Source: Clostridia bacterium | GTDB lineage: Bacteria > Bacillota > Clostridia > Christensenellales > Borkfalkiaceae | NCBI GenBank assembly: GCA_017399035.1 | Contig: JAFQEM010000018.1 | Span: 18,389 to 82,388 of the forward strand | Length of the DNA: 64,000 nt | Direction: 5' to 3' | In this document: positions 53,090 through 64,000 of the stretch, one piece after another | Layout: every line of letters starts with the position of its first letter | Position numbering within the stretch: the first letter of the stretch is position 1 | Position numbers and translations under genes: made by a program | Notes under the pieces: model-generated | Seen by the model: only the letters and a program-made list of their open reading frames with translations | Database searches by the model: none | Told to the model about the DNA's origin: nothing

Positions 53090-54214
53090 CTATTCGCCTT
53101 TTTTCTTTGCAATTTCTTCTTTATATATATCAACGTATTGCCGTGCAATTTCATCCCAACCAACGAACACGCTGTCTGCCCTACTGCCAACTTCGGCAAC
53201 CAGTTCACGCTTATCCATAAGTTCTAAAATTCTTTGGGCAACCTTGACTTTATCGTTTTCGGCAAAGAACCCAGTAACGTTATCTTCATATCTTTCAGAC
53301 GCACCCGTGTCTTTGATAACTAAAGAGGGCGTGCCTGCCTCGGCAGCCTCTAAAAGAACCAAACCGTCGGTATCAAATATACTAGTGAAGAACATTGAAT
53401 CTGCTTGAGAATAAATTTCGTAAAGTTTTTTTCTATCGGCAATTCTACCTGTAAAAATTACGTTATCACCTAGTCCTATCTTTTTAGCGTATTTTTCATA
53501 ACTTTTTTTATGCGGACCGTCGCCAACGACGTAAAATAAAAAGTCCGAACGTGTTTTTTTAACTTCTTCAAGTACTTTTAGCGAAAATTTTATGTTTTTA
53601 AAGTCAACGATTAAGCCAACGTATAAAAGAGTAAAGGGTTTTTCAAAAGTTTTCACAGCCTTTTTCAACCCTAAATAATCGTGGCCGTTTCTCACAACGG
53701 TCATCTCTTTTTTTAGACCGTAACTTCTCATTTCGTCAATCATTGATTGAGAAACTGCGCAAACTCTATCTGAATTTTTAGCACGCCTAACCACTCTTTT
53801 TACCATAATATTTACGATAAAAGGCACCCAAATTGCCGAAACAAAGCAATATTTATACTTTGTGTGAGCCGTGGATATTGAGGGTATACCGTGTTTTTTA
53901 GCGTATTTGTTAGCAAATTCCGCCATCATACCTTGCGTATGAGAATGAACAACGTCGGGCTTAAATTCTTCTAACGCCCTTTTACACTCTTTAGTAAGCG
54001 ATGGCAACGCCCAAAAATCGTTATCGGTAAAACCTATACTTTTTGCCCGCACAACCTTAAACGGAAACTGATTATCGTCAAAAGGTCTATGATAATTAGG
54101 CGCAAAAACCATAACTTCGTGTTCTTTTGAAAGTTCTCTGCCCAACCTTAAAACCACGTTTTCAGTTCCGCCCGTGCCCGGCAAAAAACTGTCTGCAAAA
54201 ATCGCTATCTTCAA
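53090..54214 (-). CDS. Family 4 glycosyltransferase (GT-B)
   Basis: 374 aa. KIAIFADSFLPGTGGTENVV ... EAAEAGTPSLV (E-x7-E region). TTG start. Confidence 0.8.
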   Translation of the reverse strand: MKIAIFADSFLPGTGGTENVVLRLGRELSKEHEVMVFAPNYHRPFDDNQFPFKVVRAKSIGFTDNDFWALPSLTKECKRALEEFKPDVVHSHTQGMMAEFANKYAKKHGIPSISTAHTKYKYCFVSAIWVPFIVNIMVKRVVRRAKNSDRVCAVSQSMIDEMRSYGLKKEMTVVRNGHDYLGLKKAVKTFEKPFTLLYVGLIVDFKNIKFSLKVLEEVKKTRSDFLFYVVGDGPHKKSYEKYAKKIGLGDNVIFTGRIADRKKLYEIYSQADSMFFTSIFDTDGLVLLEAAEAGTPSLVIKDTGASERYEDNVTGFFAENDKVKVAQRILELMDKRELVAEVGSRADSVFVGWDEIARQYVDIYKEEIAKKKGE

Positions 54215-54355
54215 AAACTTTATTCTCCTGTATTACAGAGTAAAACTTAAGAAAAGTATTTACTTGTATTTAATTGTACCTTTTAATTTTGCACTTGTCA
54301 AGCCTTTTAGAGAAAAGGTGTTTTTTCGTTGACTTTTAAATATGTTTAGAATATA

Positions 54356-55867
54356 ATGTATCGTATGAGTATTGAGAAAAATAAAGTTCCCAACGAAAAC
54401 ATAGAGCAAGCAAGTTCTAAAAAGCGCAAAAAAAAGCTTGAACTTGCAAGCGAAATTATTGACAGGGCAAAACCTTATGAAACCCCGAAAATTGAAGAGG
54501 CGGACTTTATTGAACAAAAATCGAATAAAGATATAAGGCGCAAAGACGTTCAAGACAAATTTTTTGGCTTAAATAGAGATAAAGATAAAAAAATTGATAA
54601 ACGCCAAAAAACTTACAAAACGATATTATCTATTATTTTTATCGTCTTTGTAGTAGGCGTTTTAATTTACACGGCCTATAGAGATTTCTTTGCACCAAAC
54701 AAAGATTTCCCCTCTTGGGAAAGTTTGTTTGATATACTTAAAGAAAGTTGGAAATATCTTGCGTTTGCATTAGGTGCGCTTTTGCTTTACTATTTAAGCA
54801 AGGCGGTAAAATGTTCGCTTATGTGTAGGGCTCTAACTAAAAAGTTTCACTTTTGGACTTGTGTAGAAACTAGCATTATCGGTAGTTACTATAACAACGT
54901 TACGCCACTTGCTGTTGGCGGTCAGCCCTTTGAAATTTATCACCTTTCAAAACACGGCGTTCACGGTGGCGCAGCGGCGGCAATACCTATCGGTTCGTTT
55001 ATTTTGAGCCAAATTGCATTTGTAATTTTGGGTTTTGTTGCGTTATTTTTATTCAAAGATAACAAATTAGAAATTGCAGCAAACGTTTACGGTATATTTC
55101 CAAATACAATTAGGTTGTTTGCAATTATAGGGCTTTCAATGTGTACGCTTATGCCCTTGTTAGTTATAGTGTTTTGCCTAACGCCACGAATAGGCGCAAT
55201 GGGCGTAAATTTTGTAATGTGGCTAGGCGGTAAATTGCGCATTGTAAAAAAACCGCGCGAAACCACAATGAAAACGATTAAAAACGTTATTCACAATGCA
55301 GAGTGCTTAAAAAAGATTTGCCGTAAACCTATAACGTTTATTTTAAGTTTTATTTTAAGTTTTATTGAACACTTGGCAAACGCATCTTTGGCGTTCTTTA
55401 TTCTTAAAGCCTTTGGCTACGACGTTGTTTCAACGATAAACGGCGTGGAAGTTGACGTAACGGTTATGAAAGAGTGGCTACAAACCGTGCAAATTTCACT
55501 CATATTGCTCGCATCTATTTCGTTTATTCCTACCCCAGGTAACTCGGGTGCAGCCGACCTTTCTTTCTATAACTTCTTTGAAGTGGGTCTTAAAGCAGGT
55601 CTTGCTTTCCCCGCAACGCTTATTTGGAGATGTTTCTGCTTTTATAGCCATATAGTCGTAGGTTTTGTTTTTGCAACTATGAAGAAACGTTCTGACTATA
55701 AAAAAGACTTGAAAGCAAAAAAGTTGAGAAAAGAAAATCCCACGCAAGAGAACACAGAAGAGATTTTAACGGATGAGAACGGACCCCCGCCAGACGTAAC
55801 GAGTAACACAGACGCTAATTTAGAAACTGTCGTTTCTCAAACGCCGGAAAATACAGAAAATAATTAA
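54356..55867 (+). CDS. Flippase-like / lysylphosphatidylglycerol-synthase TM-region (UPF0104) family membrane protein
   Basis: 503 aa, multi-TM. YYNNVTPLAVGGQPFEIYHLSKHGV is the family signature. It is divergent from a GT4 gene, which is a common pairing. Confidence 0.7.
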   Translation: MYRMSIEKNKVPNENIEQASSKKRKKKLELASEIIDRAKPYETPKIEEADFIEQKSNKDIRRKDVQDKFFGLNRDKDKKIDKRQKTYKTILSIIFIVFVVGVLIYTAYRDFFAPNKDFPSWESLFDILKESWKYLAFALGALLLYYLSKAVKCSLMCRALTKKFHFWTCVETSIIGSYYNNVTPLAVGGQPFEIYHLSKHGVHGGAAAAIPIGSFILSQIAFVILGFVALFLFKDNKLEIAANVYGIFPNTIRLFAIIGLSMCTLMPLLVIVFCLTPRIGAMGVNFVMWLGGKLRIVKKPRETTMKTIKNVIHNAECLKKICRKPITFILSFILSFIEHLANASLAFFILKAFGYDVVSTINGVEVDVTVMKEWLQTVQISLILLASISFIPTPGNSGAADLSFYNFFEVGLKAGLAFPATLIWRCFCFYSHIVVGFVFATMKKRSDYKKDLKAKKLRKENPTQENTEEILTDENGPPPDVTSNTDANLETVVSQTPENTENN

Positions 55868-55880
55868 AGAGTAAATTTAA

Positions 55881-55918
55881 AACCTCGCGGTAATTTTAGC
55901 CGTGAGGTTTTTTGTTTT
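55881..55918. terminator. Terminator between convergent genes
   Basis: aacctcgcgg (55881-90) pairs with ccgtgaggtt (55900-09), followed by ttttgttttt. Confidence 0.8.
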
Positions 55919-55935
55919 TAATATAGCGTTGATTA

Positions 55936-57090
55936 TTATTTCAAAATTTCAGTTGCAAGAGCATCTATCTGCGACACGTTTTCTTCGTTCATAGCAGATA
56001 AAATTTTAACACCACTTTCAGTAAAGGTAAGGTTTTTGCACTTTTCTAGCATACCTTTCATTATTTTTGTTGCAACGGGCGCCCACGTTCCGTTTTCTAT
56101 AAAACCTATTTTTCTATTTGCAAAATTGCGTTCGGTAAGGTGTTCTATAAACGTTTTCATAAACGGGAATATATCGCCGTTATAAGTTGTGGTGGCAAGA
56201 ATTATTTTTCCATAACGGAAAGCGTCTTCAACAGCCTCTGCCATATCGCAACGCGCAAGGTCGTTTATAACTACCTTTTCACAACCTTTTTCTTTAAGGT
56301 TTTTTTCTAATTCATAAACGGCTTTTTTGGTGTTTCCGTAAACTGAAGTATACGCAATTAAAACGCCTTCACTCTCTACGCCGTAACTAGACCAAATATT
56401 ATATAAATTTAAATAATATCCTAAATTTTCAGTTAACACGGGTCCGTGCAAGGGGCAAATTGTTTTTATATCAAGCGCAGAGGCTTTTTTGAGAAGTGAT
56501 TGAACTTGCGCGCCGTATTTTCCAACTATACCTATATAATATCTTCTTGCCTCACAAGCCCAGTCTTCATCAGCGTCTAACGCACCAAACTTACCAAACC
56601 CGTCAGCAGAGAACAATATTTTTTGTGTACTTTCATAAGTAACTATAACTTCTGGCCAGTGAACCATAGGCGCAGTTACGAAAGTTAGTTTATGCTCGCC
56701 TAAATCAAGTTGGTCGCCCTCGCCCACAGAAAGGTTACGACCTGCAAAATCCGTGCCGAAAAAGTTTTTCATCATAACGAACGCTTTAGACGACGCAACT
56801 ATTTTTGCCTCGGGATATTTTTCAGCAAAAGTTTTAACGTTTGCAGAATGGTCTGGCTCCATATGCTGTACGATTAAATAGTCGGGCGCTCTATCACCGA
56901 TTGCGTTTTCAAGATTATTTAGCCACTCTTGTCCAAACCCTTCGCTAACCGTATCAAAAACCGCTATTTTTTGGTCAATAATAACGTAAGAATTATAAGC
57001 CATTCCGTTTGGAACTACGTATTGCCCTTCAAATAGGTCAACCGTTTTATCATTGACACCTACATATTTGATGTTTTTAGAAATTTCCAT
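55936..57090 (-). CDS. FprA-family flavodiiron protein (metallo-beta-lactamase fold plus flavodoxin)
   Basis: 384 aa. YNSYVI.D.K.A.FDTV, HMEPDHSA (di-iron H-x-E-x-D-H), and the C-terminal flavodoxin segment IAYTSVYGNTK. Confidence 0.85.
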   Translation of the reverse strand: MEISKNIKYVGVNDKTVDLFEGQYVVPNGMAYNSYVIIDQKIAVFDTVSEGFGQEWLNNLENAIGDRAPDYLIVQHMEPDHSANVKTFAEKYPEAKIVASSKAFVMMKNFFGTDFAGRNLSVGEGDQLDLGEHKLTFVTAPMVHWPEVIVTYESTQKILFSADGFGKFGALDADEDWACEARRYYIGIVGKYGAQVQSLLKKASALDIKTICPLHGPVLTENLGYYLNLYNIWSSYGVESEGVLIAYTSVYGNTKKAVYELEKNLKEKGCEKVVINDLARCDMAEAVEDAFRYGKIILATTTYNGDIFPFMKTFIEHLTERNFANRKIGFIENGTWAPVATKIMKGMLEKCKNLTFTESGVKILSAMNEENVSQIDALATEILK

Positions 57091-57099
57091 AACAACTCC

Positions 57100-57846
57100 C
57101 TAGTTAGTAACTTTTATATTTTGTTTCTTTTGATATTGTTTTAAAATCCAGTGTGATGCAAGCACCATATCCATTTCGTGGCAACCGTCAAAAATATCTA
57201 AATAAACCCTTGATTGTGGATATTTTTCAACGATTGCACGATAGAGTTTTTCGCTTTGCTCTAGTGGTACGAACGGGTCGTGTTTGCCGTGAAAAATTTT
57301 AGTGTTTGACGTTGCAATTCCATCTATATAATTCATAGGGGAACGCCTAAACATCTCTTCTTCAGTACCGCAACAAGCCTTAATATGTTCGCCATAACCG
57401 TGTTTTTGCCACTCAACAAGATTACACACGGGAACGAACGCGCCCACCGCCTTAAACGATTTGGGGTGTTTACCTGCAAGAAGAAGTGCCATCATTCCAC
57501 CACCGCTTGCGCCAAGCAAAAATACGTTTTCGCTATCCACGTTATAATTTTCTATCACGTATTCTATAGCGTCCATAACGTCTTGACACGCAAACTCTGA
57601 ACCGCACGCCTTTTGCCCCTCTGGGTTGCCTTTTACGTTTGCCCCACGAAAATCAGGCAACAACAAATTAAAATCGTTTTTTTCAGCAAACGGCAACATA
57701 TTATCTATTTGATTATACCTATTAAAACTCCAAGTATGTAGCCCCACCAAAAGCGGACGCTTTTTCTCGCTTTTACTTTCGTAAAATAGCGAAGGTTGCA
57801 AAGTGTTATCCAGCGTGGACTTAACATTGATTTCAATCTGTTCCAT
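57100..57846 (-). CDS. Alpha/beta hydrolase (prolyl oligopeptidase/esterase-like)
   Basis: 248 aa. Nucleophile elbow LGASGGG, with a distal Asp and His (HGKHDPFVP, GCHEM). Confidence 0.7.
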   Translation of the reverse strand: MEQIEINVKSTLDNTLQPSLFYESKSEKKRPLLVGLHTWSFNRYNQIDNMLPFAEKNDFNLLLPDFRGANVKGNPEGQKACGSEFACQDVMDAIEYVIENYNVDSENVFLLGASGGGMMALLLAGKHPKSFKAVGAFVPVCNLVEWQKHGYGEHIKACCGTEEEMFRRSPMNYIDGIATSNTKIFHGKHDPFVPLEQSEKLYRAIVEKYPQSRVYLDIFDGCHEMDMVLASHWILKQYQKKQNIKVTN

Positions 57847-58050
57847 ATTTCACCTCTAAAAATGCAAAAAAATACAAACGGTAAACTTTTTTATTCGCAA
57901 AACGTTTACTATAGTTATTATAATTTGCTTAAGTTTACGTATATATTTTATCACATTTTTTTGCGTTTGTACATAGTGATTTCTATCATAAACATTATAA
58001 TTTATGAACCAGCATTAAGCAATCGACTAAATAACGATATTTATTAAAAC

Positions 58051-59151
<1,101 letters not shown>

Positions 59152-59343
59152 TTATAATATCACAAAAAGCCTAAAATATCAATAAATTAAAGGGCAATCA
59201 AACAACTTTATACGCCAAGCAAGTACATTTTTTGCAAAAATAGTTACTTTTTCTTGCTATTAGACATATTTTATGATAGAATAATATGCAAGTATGTTTT
59301 TGTGCATACTATTAAAAATAACATTTTTTTATAGGAGGATTTT

Positions 59344-60621
59344 ATGCCAGACGGCTCTGTTCCGTTACTAATCGCGATTATCGCATTAGTAATAATGTCA
59401 GGTTTCTTCTCATCAACGGAAACCGCGTTCTCGTGCGCTAATCGCATCAAACTTCGTTCGCTAGCAGCGAACGGCAACAAGAGGGCACAAAAAGTGCTTG
59501 ACCTTGCGGAATCAAATTACGACAAGTTTATTTCTACCGTACTAATAGGTAACAATATCGTAAACATTTCCGCATCAACCATTGCAACTATATTTTTTGC
59601 AATGTTAATAACTTCGGGTTCGTCAGAAGTGGTTTCAACCGCTGTTATGACGGTTGCGGTGCTTATTTTTGGTGAAATTACACCAAAGTTTATCGCAAAA
59701 ACTTACCCCGAAAAGTTAGCAATGGCATTTTATCCAATTATTAAACTATTTTATTATATATTCTATCCGCTCAATATGATTTTTGGCGGTTGGAAGTGGA
59801 TTTTATCTAAAGTGTTCCGCTTTAAAAATACGGATATCGTTACTGAAGATGAAATTATGACCATCGTTGAAGAGGCTGAAGAAGACGGAACGTTAAAAGC
59901 AGAAGAAACTGAACTTATCCGCTCAGTTATTGAATTTGACGATTTGGAAGTTGGCGATATTTTAGTTCCACGCGTCAATATCGTTGCAGTAGATATTACA
60001 GATTCTATGGACGATATTAGAAAGGTTTTTGATAACGAAGGTTATTCACGTATCCCCGTTTATAAAGATAGTATTGACACGGTTATCGGAACAATTCACC
60101 AAAAGGATTTTTATTCTGCTTATCTTAAAGGTAAAAAAGGTATTGACGGAATTATGCAAAACGCGCTGTACACCACAGAACACGTTAAAATTTCCGACCT
60201 TTTGAAACTGTTGCAGAAAAAGAAAGTTCATCTTGCAATCGTTTTAGACGAATATGGTGGAACGCTTGGTCTAGTTACGATGGAAGATATCATTGAAGAA
60301 CTTGTGGGCGAAATTTTTGACGAACACGACGAAGACGTCAACTATTTCAAACAGATAGGCGAAAACGTTTGTTTGGTAGATGGCAACGCTAACATATCCG
60401 ACACTTTTGAATATTTTTCACTTGGAGAAGATGAGGCGGTTGAATCAAACACGGTTAGTGGTTGGGTTATTGAAACGCTTGGCGAAATACCCCACGCAGG
60501 TAAAAAGTTTGAATATAAAAACCTTGATATAGAAATAACTAAGTCTACCGTAAAAAAAGTTCTTCAAGTTAAGATTACCTTAACCGAACGTGAAGAACAA
60601 CAAGAAACTGAAGAAGAATAA
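59344..60621 (+). CDS. CNNM/CorC-HlyC family (DUF21 + CBS pair + CorC_HlyC) putative divalent cation efflux protein
   Basis: 425 aa. N-terminal 4-TM DUF21 (GFFSSTETAF), CBS region (VPR..I...D), and C-terminal TVSGWVIE.LG.IP. Confidence 0.85.
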   Translation: MPDGSVPLLIAIIALVIMSGFFSSTETAFSCANRIKLRSLAANGNKRAQKVLDLAESNYDKFISTVLIGNNIVNISASTIATIFFAMLITSGSSEVVSTAVMTVAVLIFGEITPKFIAKTYPEKLAMAFYPIIKLFYYIFYPLNMIFGGWKWILSKVFRFKNTDIVTEDEIMTIVEEAEEDGTLKAEETELIRSVIEFDDLEVGDILVPRVNIVAVDITDSMDDIRKVFDNEGYSRIPVYKDSIDTVIGTIHQKDFYSAYLKGKKGIDGIMQNALYTTEHVKISDLLKLLQKKKVHLAIVLDEYGGTLGLVTMEDIIEELVGEIFDEHDEDVNYFKQIGENVCLVDGNANISDTFEYFSLGEDEAVESNTVSGWVIETLGEIPHAGKKFEYKNLDIEITKSTVKKVLQVKITLTEREEQQETEEE

Positions 60622-60666
60622 TTAAAATTTTTACTGCCGCTTTTCATTTTTGAGAGCGGCAGTTAT

Positions 60667-60743
60667 GCACCCGTAGCGCAACTGGATAGAGCATCAGATT
60701 CCGATTCTGAAGGTTGTAGGTTCAAATCCTGTCGGGTGCGCCA
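60667..60743 (+). tRNA. tRNA-Arg (anticodon CCG), CCA encoded
   Basis: Hand-folded cloverleaf. 7-bp acceptor gcacccg/cgggtgc. Anticodon stem tcaga/tctga with loop ttCCGat. T-arm gtagg-ttcaaat-cctgt. The D-stem has one G-A mismatch. Confidence 0.88.
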
Positions 60744-60747
60744 TTTT

Positions 60748-60798
60748 AAGGTCAAAATAGTCTATACTAAATTAGACAACTTGACCTTTTTTATTTTT
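60748..60798 (+). terminator. Terminator after tRNA-Arg
   Basis: aaggtcaa (60748-55) pairs with ttgacctt (60781-88), followed by ttttattttt. Confidence 0.65.
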
Positions 60799-60892
60799 AA
60801 AGATAACTAAAAATGCTAATAAAATATAAACTCTTTATTTACGCCAAATAATAATTTAAGTTATACACATTATTACAAGTTAAAAAAAGGTA

Positions 60893-60921
60893 TTGAATTT
60901 TTTATAAATGTGTGTTATAAT
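60893..60921 (+). promoter_or_regulatory. Sigma-A promoter (extended -10) of the metalloprotease lipoprotein gene
   Basis: TTGAAT (60893-98), 17 nt ending in TGt, TATAAT (60916-21). Confidence 0.55.
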
Positions 60922-61003
60922 TAAAATATAAGTTGATAATTTTAATTTAACACAAAACTACTATGGTTAGGCATATTTATTTTTTCAAAGAGAGGAAATA
61001 GTT

Positions 61004-63775
61004 ATGAAAAACATTAAGTTTTCACTAAAGAATAAGTTTTTGGTTGTAACGATGGCAATTTGCTTTTTAATTTCAACGTTATTTTCGGGCTGTAGTTTTT
61101 TAGAATATTTAGCAAACGAAGACGCTCTGCCCGAAACGTCAACCCCAACGTTAAATATTATTACCGACGACCTGCTTGTTTATAGTGAAGAAAATAGTCG
61201 CTACGAAATTACCCTTTACGCAGGCGCAACTTATACTCTTAACCTTAATCTTGGTGATTATACAGGCAACGAATATAGCGTTGTTTATTCTTGGAATTCT
61301 AGTGGAAATAATTATGCAAGTATAGAAAATAAAGTTATTACCATAAACTCTAACGCGCCAACCTATCTTCACCCGCAACTTACAATTAAACTACAAAAAA
61401 ACGGCTCTTCGAGTGCGATAGAAACAAAGAAAATTTATATCACTATTACCGAAAGGGCTTTAGTATCATTACTTACTAACAGTAATGACGTAAAAATTAA
61501 AAAATCTAATCAATACGGCGTTGATTATGAAATAAAAGTTCCACTTGCCTACAGATTCTATCAAATGCCGACTGTTATTGTAGACGGATATGATAAATAT
61601 GAAGTATTCTATCAAAGGAGTGAAGACGAGTTTTCAAGTGATATGATAGAATTTAAACTAGACGACGACAAAACTTATTTTAGACTTTTAGATGAGTTTG
61701 ATTTTTTGTATCCTATTAAGTTTTATATTTTAGTTAAAGACGAAAACGGCGTGTTAATTAAACAACTTACTTGCGAAGCCGTTGAAACTTTAGAGAGTGA
61801 TGAAGTTATAGAAGTTTATTATGGCAACGAAATGACGAAAATTGCCAACAATGAAACTATTTACATCGAAAAAAATGATACAAACGTTGTTCCGCTTAAG
61901 TTCTTTTTCAATGGAACGGAAGTGTTGACGTACCAATCGTGCTACGAACTAGAAAACTCTAATAGTGATATAGAAGTTAAAACGGGTTCTACCATTTTTG
62001 GTTATGACTGGAGAATTAAATCTCTTGGAAAGGTTGCCGACACAGTTATAACCTATACGTATAAATGGGATACGCCGTCTGCAGAAGAAAATATAACTGA
62101 ATACGTGTTCAAATTAAACGTTTCGGTTATAGACACAAAAACACTTGAAGATTTGGTTGTTCCTTTAGGGGCCGACGCATTTAGCATTGTTGATAACAAC
62201 GTGTTCGTAAACGGAAAAATTTATGCAATTTATAGTGTAGGGAATCCCGAGGCAATAAACGGAAAAGACAACCTGTCAATACAAGTTGCTAACACTGCAA
62301 ACGCCAACGTTAAAAGGGTTACTTTATCTTATAAATATAAAGACGTAACGAAAGAGGTATATTTTGACGTTGAAATAAACAAAACGGCAGGTTTTACAAA
62401 AACACAAATTACACAAAACTATCAAAAATACTGGCAAAAAAATGGATACGTTACAACGGCTTACAAAGGAGAAGTAAAAGTTTTAGCAATACCTATTTGG
62501 TTTACAGATTCTAACGAGTTCATAAGCACGGACGATACAATTAAAGACAGTAATAACAAAACTCAAAGAGAACAAATAATTGAAGATTTAAACACTGCCC
62601 TTTTTGGGGAAAATGAGGACCTTACTTTCCGCAGTTTAAGAACTTATTATTTAGAAGAATCTTTAGGTAGACTAAAAATAAGCGGTAAAGTTACGCCTTG
62701 GTATGAGTCAAACACAAAATCAACCGATTATAGCGATAAAGACCCTGCGATTACAACACTTACCGTAGATGCTGTAAAGTGGTATTTTGACCAAAGTGGC
62801 ACAAATGAAACCAGAGCAGACTATGATGCAAATAATGATGGAAAAATAGACCATATTATGGTTTTCTATGGCTCTAATTATCACTGTTTTAGAAATGGGC
62901 TTTCAGTGGCTTCTGGCTGGTGTAGAAAAGTTGGTGATACAACTGATAGTTATATCTCTCGCTCAAGTTTTAGTTGGATTTCGGCTTTAGACCCATATGG
63001 AATAAACGGGGTGTCGCCAAACGTATATAGCCAACTTACCAAAAACGACCTATCTACAATTCACGGAATAAAAGCAAAAACAATTATTCACGAATTTGCT
63101 CACGCTATTGGCATTTTAGATATATACGACACGTCAATGAAAAACGAACCAGCAGGTGGATTTAGCATGCAATCGGGTAAAACTGGTGGACACGACCCCT
63201 ATAATATGATGGCTATGGGCTGGGCAAATCCTTACGTGTTTGATAGTAGTGATACAACACTTTCAAATGAAATAAGTATAACAATAAACGATTTTCAATC
63301 AAGTGGCGACGTTATACTCTTAACACCTCACTGGAATAGTGAAAATCAAATATTTGACGAGTATATCTTGCTTGAATTGTTTACCGCTACAGGCTTAAAT
63401 CAATATGACGCTAATGCTGGAAATATACACAACTTGATAGGTATAAGACTTTGGCACGTAAACGCAACAATAGATAGTTCTACAAATAGGCATTACAATT
63501 CAAACAATTCGTTAGAGAGCAACTACAACCTTGTTCACTTTATAAGAAACGACGTTGAGTGTGAATATAGGTCTCTTACCGCTCTAGACAAGCAAGAATA
63601 TTTGTTTGGCGAAGGCGATATATTTGATATGCAAACCTATAAATCGCAATTTTATAATGCAGACGGCAAACTTGATAACGGCAATTCTCTTGGTTGGAGT
63701 TTTGAAGTTATTAACATTACGCCAAATTCTTACGGCAAGGCAACGGCAACGATAAAACTTATTAAAACTGCGTAG
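61004..63775 (+). CDS. Large lipoprotein with a C-terminal M6/immune-inhibitor-A-like zinc metalloprotease domain
   Basis: 923 aa. Lipobox LFSGCS. aa ~480-800 contain VLAIPIWFTD and TIIHEFAHAIGILDIYD (HExxH followed by an acidic D-x-Y-D, as in M6 HEYGHxLGLPDEYD). The N-terminal ~450 aa are unassigned. Confidence 0.65.
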   Translation: MKNIKFSLKNKFLVVTMAICFLISTLFSGCSFLEYLANEDALPETSTPTLNIITDDLLVYSEENSRYEITLYAGATYTLNLNLGDYTGNEYSVVYSWNSSGNNYASIENKVITINSNAPTYLHPQLTIKLQKNGSSSAIETKKIYITITERALVSLLTNSNDVKIKKSNQYGVDYEIKVPLAYRFYQMPTVIVDGYDKYEVFYQRSEDEFSSDMIEFKLDDDKTYFRLLDEFDFLYPIKFYILVKDENGVLIKQLTCEAVETLESDEVIEVYYGNEMTKIANNETIYIEKNDTNVVPLKFFFNGTEVLTYQSCYELENSNSDIEVKTGSTIFGYDWRIKSLGKVADTVITYTYKWDTPSAEENITEYVFKLNVSVIDTKTLEDLVVPLGADAFSIVDNNVFVNGKIYAIYSVGNPEAINGKDNLSIQVANTANANVKRVTLSYKYKDVTKEVYFDVEINKTAGFTKTQITQNYQKYWQKNGYVTTAYKGEVKVLAIPIWFTDSNEFISTDDTIKDSNNKTQREQIIEDLNTALFGENEDLTFRSLRTYYLEESLGRLKISGKVTPWYESNTKSTDYSDKDPAITTLTVDAVKWYFDQSGTNETRADYDANNDGKIDHIMVFYGSNYHCFRNGLSVASGWCRKVGDTTDSYISRSSFSWISALDPYGINGVSPNVYSQLTKNDLSTIHGIKAKTIIHEFAHAIGILDIYDTSMKNEPAGGFSMQSGKTGGHDPYNMMAMGWANPYVFDSSDTTLSNEISITINDFQSSGDVILLTPHWNSENQIFDEYILLELFTATGLNQYDANAGNIHNLIGIRLWHVNATIDSSTNRHYNSNNSLESNYNLVHFIRNDVECEYRSLTALDKQEYLFGEGDIFDMQTYKSQFYNADGKLDNGNSLGWSFEVINITPNSYGKATATIKLIKTA

Positions 63776-63853
63776 TAACTTTGCAAATAGAATTAAGCGT
63801 TAAAATCTGCAAATATATTGCAAAATATATTTAATAATTTAACAACAAAAAAC

Positions 63854-63886
63854 AATACGGTGGCAAGTTTTTCTTGCCACCGTATT
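63854..63886. terminator. Bidirectional terminator between the metalloprotease gene (+) and maf (-)
   Basis: 14-bp stem aatacggtggcaag / cttgccaccgtatt with loop ttttt. A/T tracts on both flanks. Confidence 0.85.
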
Positions 63887-63894
63887 TTATTTAA

Positions 63895-64000
63895 TCATTT
63901 CATCAACTCGTCAATTATAGGTTTAAGCGTTTCTATCGGTAACCCTATAACGTTGTTTAAGCTACCCTTATAGCACTTAACAAGCGGAAAGCCGTCTTGT
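63895..64000 (-). CDS. maf: Maf-like nucleoside triphosphate pyrophosphatase, C-terminal 34 codons (gene runs off the window end)
   Basis: Minus-strand translation: ...QDGFPLVKCYKGSLNNVIGLPIETLKPIIDELMK*. The I.G...NV.GLP motif matches the Maf C-terminus. Confidence 0.6.
   Translation of the reverse strand, partial: QDGFPLVKCYKGSLNNVIGLPIETLKPIIDELMK

Noticed and set aside
54260-54553. 97-aa minus-strand ORF in the GT4 / flippase-like intergenic region
   Set aside because: It overlaps the 5' end of the plus-strand membrane-protein gene. It is Phe/Leu/Asn-rich AT-driven sequence with no RBS.
57796-58047. 83-aa plus-strand ORF between the hydrolase gene and mnmA
   Set aside because: It starts inside the hydrolase gene on the opposite strand and runs through AT-rich intergenic DNA. 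Its low-complexity Ile/Tyr/Asn composition is not credible as coding sequence.

Overview
This 64-kb window is low-GC and comes from an endospore-forming Firmicute (Clostridia-like). That assignment rests on spoIIGA-sigE, sigG, spoIIID, ylmC/ymxH, yaaT/ricT and a DUF1540 gene. Most genes lie on the minus strand. The housekeeping backbone includes: ung (partial), mntP, yihY, 1-PFK, an EF-G paralog, lepA-hemW, and a complete yerC-hisZGDCBH-AF-IE-hisJ histidine operon. It also includes rsmI, holB, tmk, lysS, greA, rplI, mnmA, tRNA-Arg(CCG) and maf (partial). Two accessory envelope operons flank an isolated sigG. (1) A five-gene operon of about 12.4 kb (10951-23352) sits between sigE and sigG. It encodes a polytopic membrane protein with a degenerate McrB-like AAA+ domain, a membrane-anchored active McrB-like AAA+ NTPase, and three signal-anchored proteins built from YDG/MBG-like repeats. 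One of those three carries thrombospondin-type-3 Ca-binding repeats and a transglutaminase-like core. The operon has a consensus sigma-A promoter and a 200-nt leader with tandem terminator-like hairpins. I regard this as the best candidate for an undescribed system. (2) A tapA-sipW-tasA-like operon (5505-9844) has a SipW-type signal peptidase fused to four tandem, basic, roughly 145-aa repeats predicted to be cytoplasmic. Other points of interest: two unknown genes embedded in the his operon, a structured promoter-to-terminator leader before a BspA-type LRR lipoprotein, an orphan promoter/terminator pair (candidate sRNA), and two small genes missing from the ORF track (a 2x[4Fe-4S] ferredoxin and a DUF1540 protein). 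I found no CRISPR array, transposase, integrase or rRNA. All functional calls come from motif and family recognition by eye; no database search was possible.
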